A DNA stretch of 64,000 bases. It comes from Tubiluchus corallicola. Lineage: Eukaryota; Animalia; Priapulida. Made by a program: the position numbers and the translations under genes. This document shows, piece after piece, positions 60,904-64,000 of this stretch. The notes under the pieces were generated by a model. That model worked only from the letters and a program-made list of their open reading frames with translations, ran no database searches and was not told the origin of the DNA. The stretch covers positions 310,001-374,000 of the forward strand of contig JAQGDQ010002367.1 of assembly GCA_030141605.1 (NCBI GenBank), given 5' to 3'. How positions within the stretch are numbered: the first letter of the stretch is position 1; each line of letters starts with the position of its first letter.

Positions 60904-63353
60904 GCAGTAAGCCTGTTATGCTGTTAACAGATTTCTACGAAACGTTGTGTAGTTGGGTAAAAAAGATGGCATTTTGACGTTGTCTCCTGGAAGGGGGAGG
61001 GGGCGAAAACTGCTAAAGTGGGCGTTTTTTCGCCGGTTATTTTTTTTCATAAAACTTGACAGAAACCACGTACAGGAAAGATGCAAGATGCACTCTGTGG
61101 AGGTTCCAGAGGCACTGTTATAGCTTTGTGGAAAGAGGTAGATAAAGGTAGCGTCATTCTTTTTTATTATCTCCACCAACGCAAGCAACTACGAGTTACT
61201 TCCAGGTTCCATTTCGAGAAACTCTGGCTTGAAAAACTGTGTAACGCTGTCTGTAACATTTGCTTATACATGCGTATAGCCCTGTAAATTGACGTAGTAT
61301 GAAAATACGTATATTTGTCAGGCTATCGTCAAGTAGTTAAAAAAATGTAGGTAGACACATTATTATTATTAATTATTAATGTGGAATACTCGTGCATTAT
61401 TAATTATAATTTTTTAAATGAACAAAATATTTTAAGTATTTTGCTAGTCTATATAATACTTGTACAGATATATTTTTGTCTGTTTTTTATCTTTGTTTTA
61501 TTTTTCTCCCTACCAAAAGAATCAGACGAACATGTTTAGAATTTCTCGATCTTGGCTGAGATAATATTCCATACTGAACGCATTTTAGTTTTATTATAAA
61601 AGTTATTTGCTGTCAAAATAATATATGCGCCATTTTTTCTACCCTCTATTTGCGTCATTTTTCTCGTGCTATTTTTACCGGTGCGATTTATAACCACATT
61701 CGTTTATGATATCACAGCTGCAGCAAAGTTTTTATGTAATAAGCGTTTATTAATAATTTCTAACAAGCGACAGATGACAATAGACACATATCAACAGAAA
61801 GAGTTCGATAACATTTACAAGAGTAAGTTATTGACAAACAAGTGGAACATTATCATTGTATCCAGCGTGCGTCCATAGCCTTTTTTATCAATCATAAATG
61901 GTTGGTGATTGCAGACCTATATTTACATTATGTATTAAAGGTTTATCAGCGATCCAACAGTGACAGCAAAATAAAGTTTTACCCATGCAAGATTGCCGCT
62001 TGTAAAAGAAGTTACACTCCTCATACATTTGACCCAAGAACATGTTATTACGGATTTTTGTGAACATGTTCAAGTCATTTTTGGGCAATTTCTCCGCTGA
62101 TTTAATATGCATCGTAAGAAGCAGCAAAGCATTAAGCTAATTATACACAATTATATTCTGATGTTTATTTTATGTAAGGATTTTTTCTAGATCTACTCTA
62201 ATTCACTCCACACCGTCAAAACGTCTTGCTAATTAGATGTAAATCAATGGCTTTAAATATTTTCGTGTTTTTTGCTTTTCAAAATGGACAAAAAACTGGC
62301 GACCAAAAAACGTGGGCCTACCTGCAGCAAGATAGTTGCACAAAGCTTTTCTCCTGCAATTGGCTTCAGGAAACATTGTGATCACGTGATCACATCTATT
62401 TCTAAATGCCTTTATTTGCATAGTCAGAAACCTTACACGAGCTCATCTCGGCTATTTGTCCACGTTATTTACAGGCTGTATCCTTGTATTCTCCATGCTG
62501 ACACGCGAAGCTTTTTAATTCTGCAGTGTTTCCTTTTTTATTGCACCCAATCAATTCAGGCGATAAACCAGAAATTAGACAGAATGGAAACTGTAGGATG
62601 GAAAAGGCAGACGAACAGACAGACATCACATTACCCGTGATGATGACCACGATGATGATGATAATGGTGATGATGACATCAATAATAAATGATTCATGAA
62701 ATAAAACAAAACGAATTGTATGTATCAAACTTATATTAATATTAACTTTGGTATCAGCAGTTCACAGAGGTTTTTTTGTGCATGTCTGTGGTTTAGTGCA
62801 TGGAGGTCTACTCTTCACGTAACTGCATCAAAACCTGCCCTTTTTTGAGGTTGCAAAGTTTCATTTTTCGTAGATGGTGGTGGCTGAGCTCATCCTTAAT
62901 GAACAGACCTGTGAAATTGCATTTTGTAAATTGTGCGGTAGGACTGCGCGATGACTTACAAGATTTTCTGAAGCTTCTGTTTAATCAACCCGGGCCGGAC
63001 GATGAAAGGTGTAGATATAATAACTGAATTACAAGAGTAATCTGAAAATGTGCTCTTTGAAATAAGATTAACATTTCCGGTACGAAGCAATTACATATAT
63101 TGCGCAGTAGAAAAATTCTTGATAATAAAGTTGCACAGAAAAATGTATGAGACATGCAAAGTTTCAGAATTGCACTACAGTGGTTCTTACATTTTTACTT
63201 AATAGAACTCAATCAGAAATATTTAAGATGATGTACGTAAAGTACCCAATGTAAATAAATCCTTTTAAAATGAAAACTTGAAAACCCACAGTAGACGAAT
63301 CAGCTGAACGCATGGAACTATAAGGTCAGACCCCACACAAATAGAAAAAAATC

Positions 63354-63464
<111 letters not shown>

Positions 63465-64000
63465 TTATTATTTCAGCATTGCAAACGCCCATTATTAAAG
63501 GCTCTTTCATAACATCTGTAAATGCACTGATCACATTTGACTATCTATGAGTGTGGACTCTACGTTATTGCCTTGCAGTTTAGTCACTAAATTATCTCTT
63601 TTTTCTGTATTAATCAGTTCACAATCAAAAAGAAGATGTTCTACCATTTGGCAAGGATAACCAAATTCATATACAGGATTTAGGCACTTTCCTATTTTAT
63701 GCAGAAACTGTCTGAATTTTTCTTGATTTACTAAAAAAACAAAGACAATTTATTATCACTGATCTTGAGTTTCCTACTGGAAAAATTATTGGTTGCTGAT
63801 AATTATCCTCGTGTTGTAAATCTGCTGTGCCATTGATTCATTAAGACTGACTCGATCTCAGATCTTTTATATAATAGCACATCAGGTGGGTGTTGTTCTA
63901 GGTCTGAAGTCCGCAGTATAATTGACCTGTTTCACCAGTAACTGCCCAGTGGCATTTCATAAAATGTTTATAAGCTCCTTGTCTATTGTCTTGGAAAATA

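Overview
AT-rich, intron-rich metazoan (invertebrate-like, probably non-ecdysozoan) genomic DNA, not prokaryotic. Four spliced protein-coding genes can be built by hand. (1) The 5' half of the major vault protein gene MVP (minus strand, 9 coding exons, 463-10922, continuing off the left edge). (2) A complete 10-exon GPN-loop GTPase 1 gene GPN1 (plus strand, 25864-40127, 385 aa), containing one U12-type (minor spliceosome) GT-AG intron and one GC-AG intron. (3) A 5-exon orphan gene convergent with GPN1 (minus strand, 40505-44383, 387 aa) encoding a signal peptide, two six-cysteine domains with neuritin/CPG15-like spacing, a Ser/Thr-rich linker and a hydrophobic tail. (4) The last two exons of an UNC93A-like MFS gene (minus strand, 47656-52365). 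Introns and intergenic DNA carry decayed CR1/L2 LINEs, many non-autonomous DNA transposons (hAT, Tigger/pogo, Kolobok, piggyBac, Harbinger-like, two of them nested), tRNA-derived SINE-like heads, a 36-bp minisatellite and microsatellites. The best novelty candidate is the tandem neuritin-like gene. All family assignments come from visual motif recognition; no searches were run.
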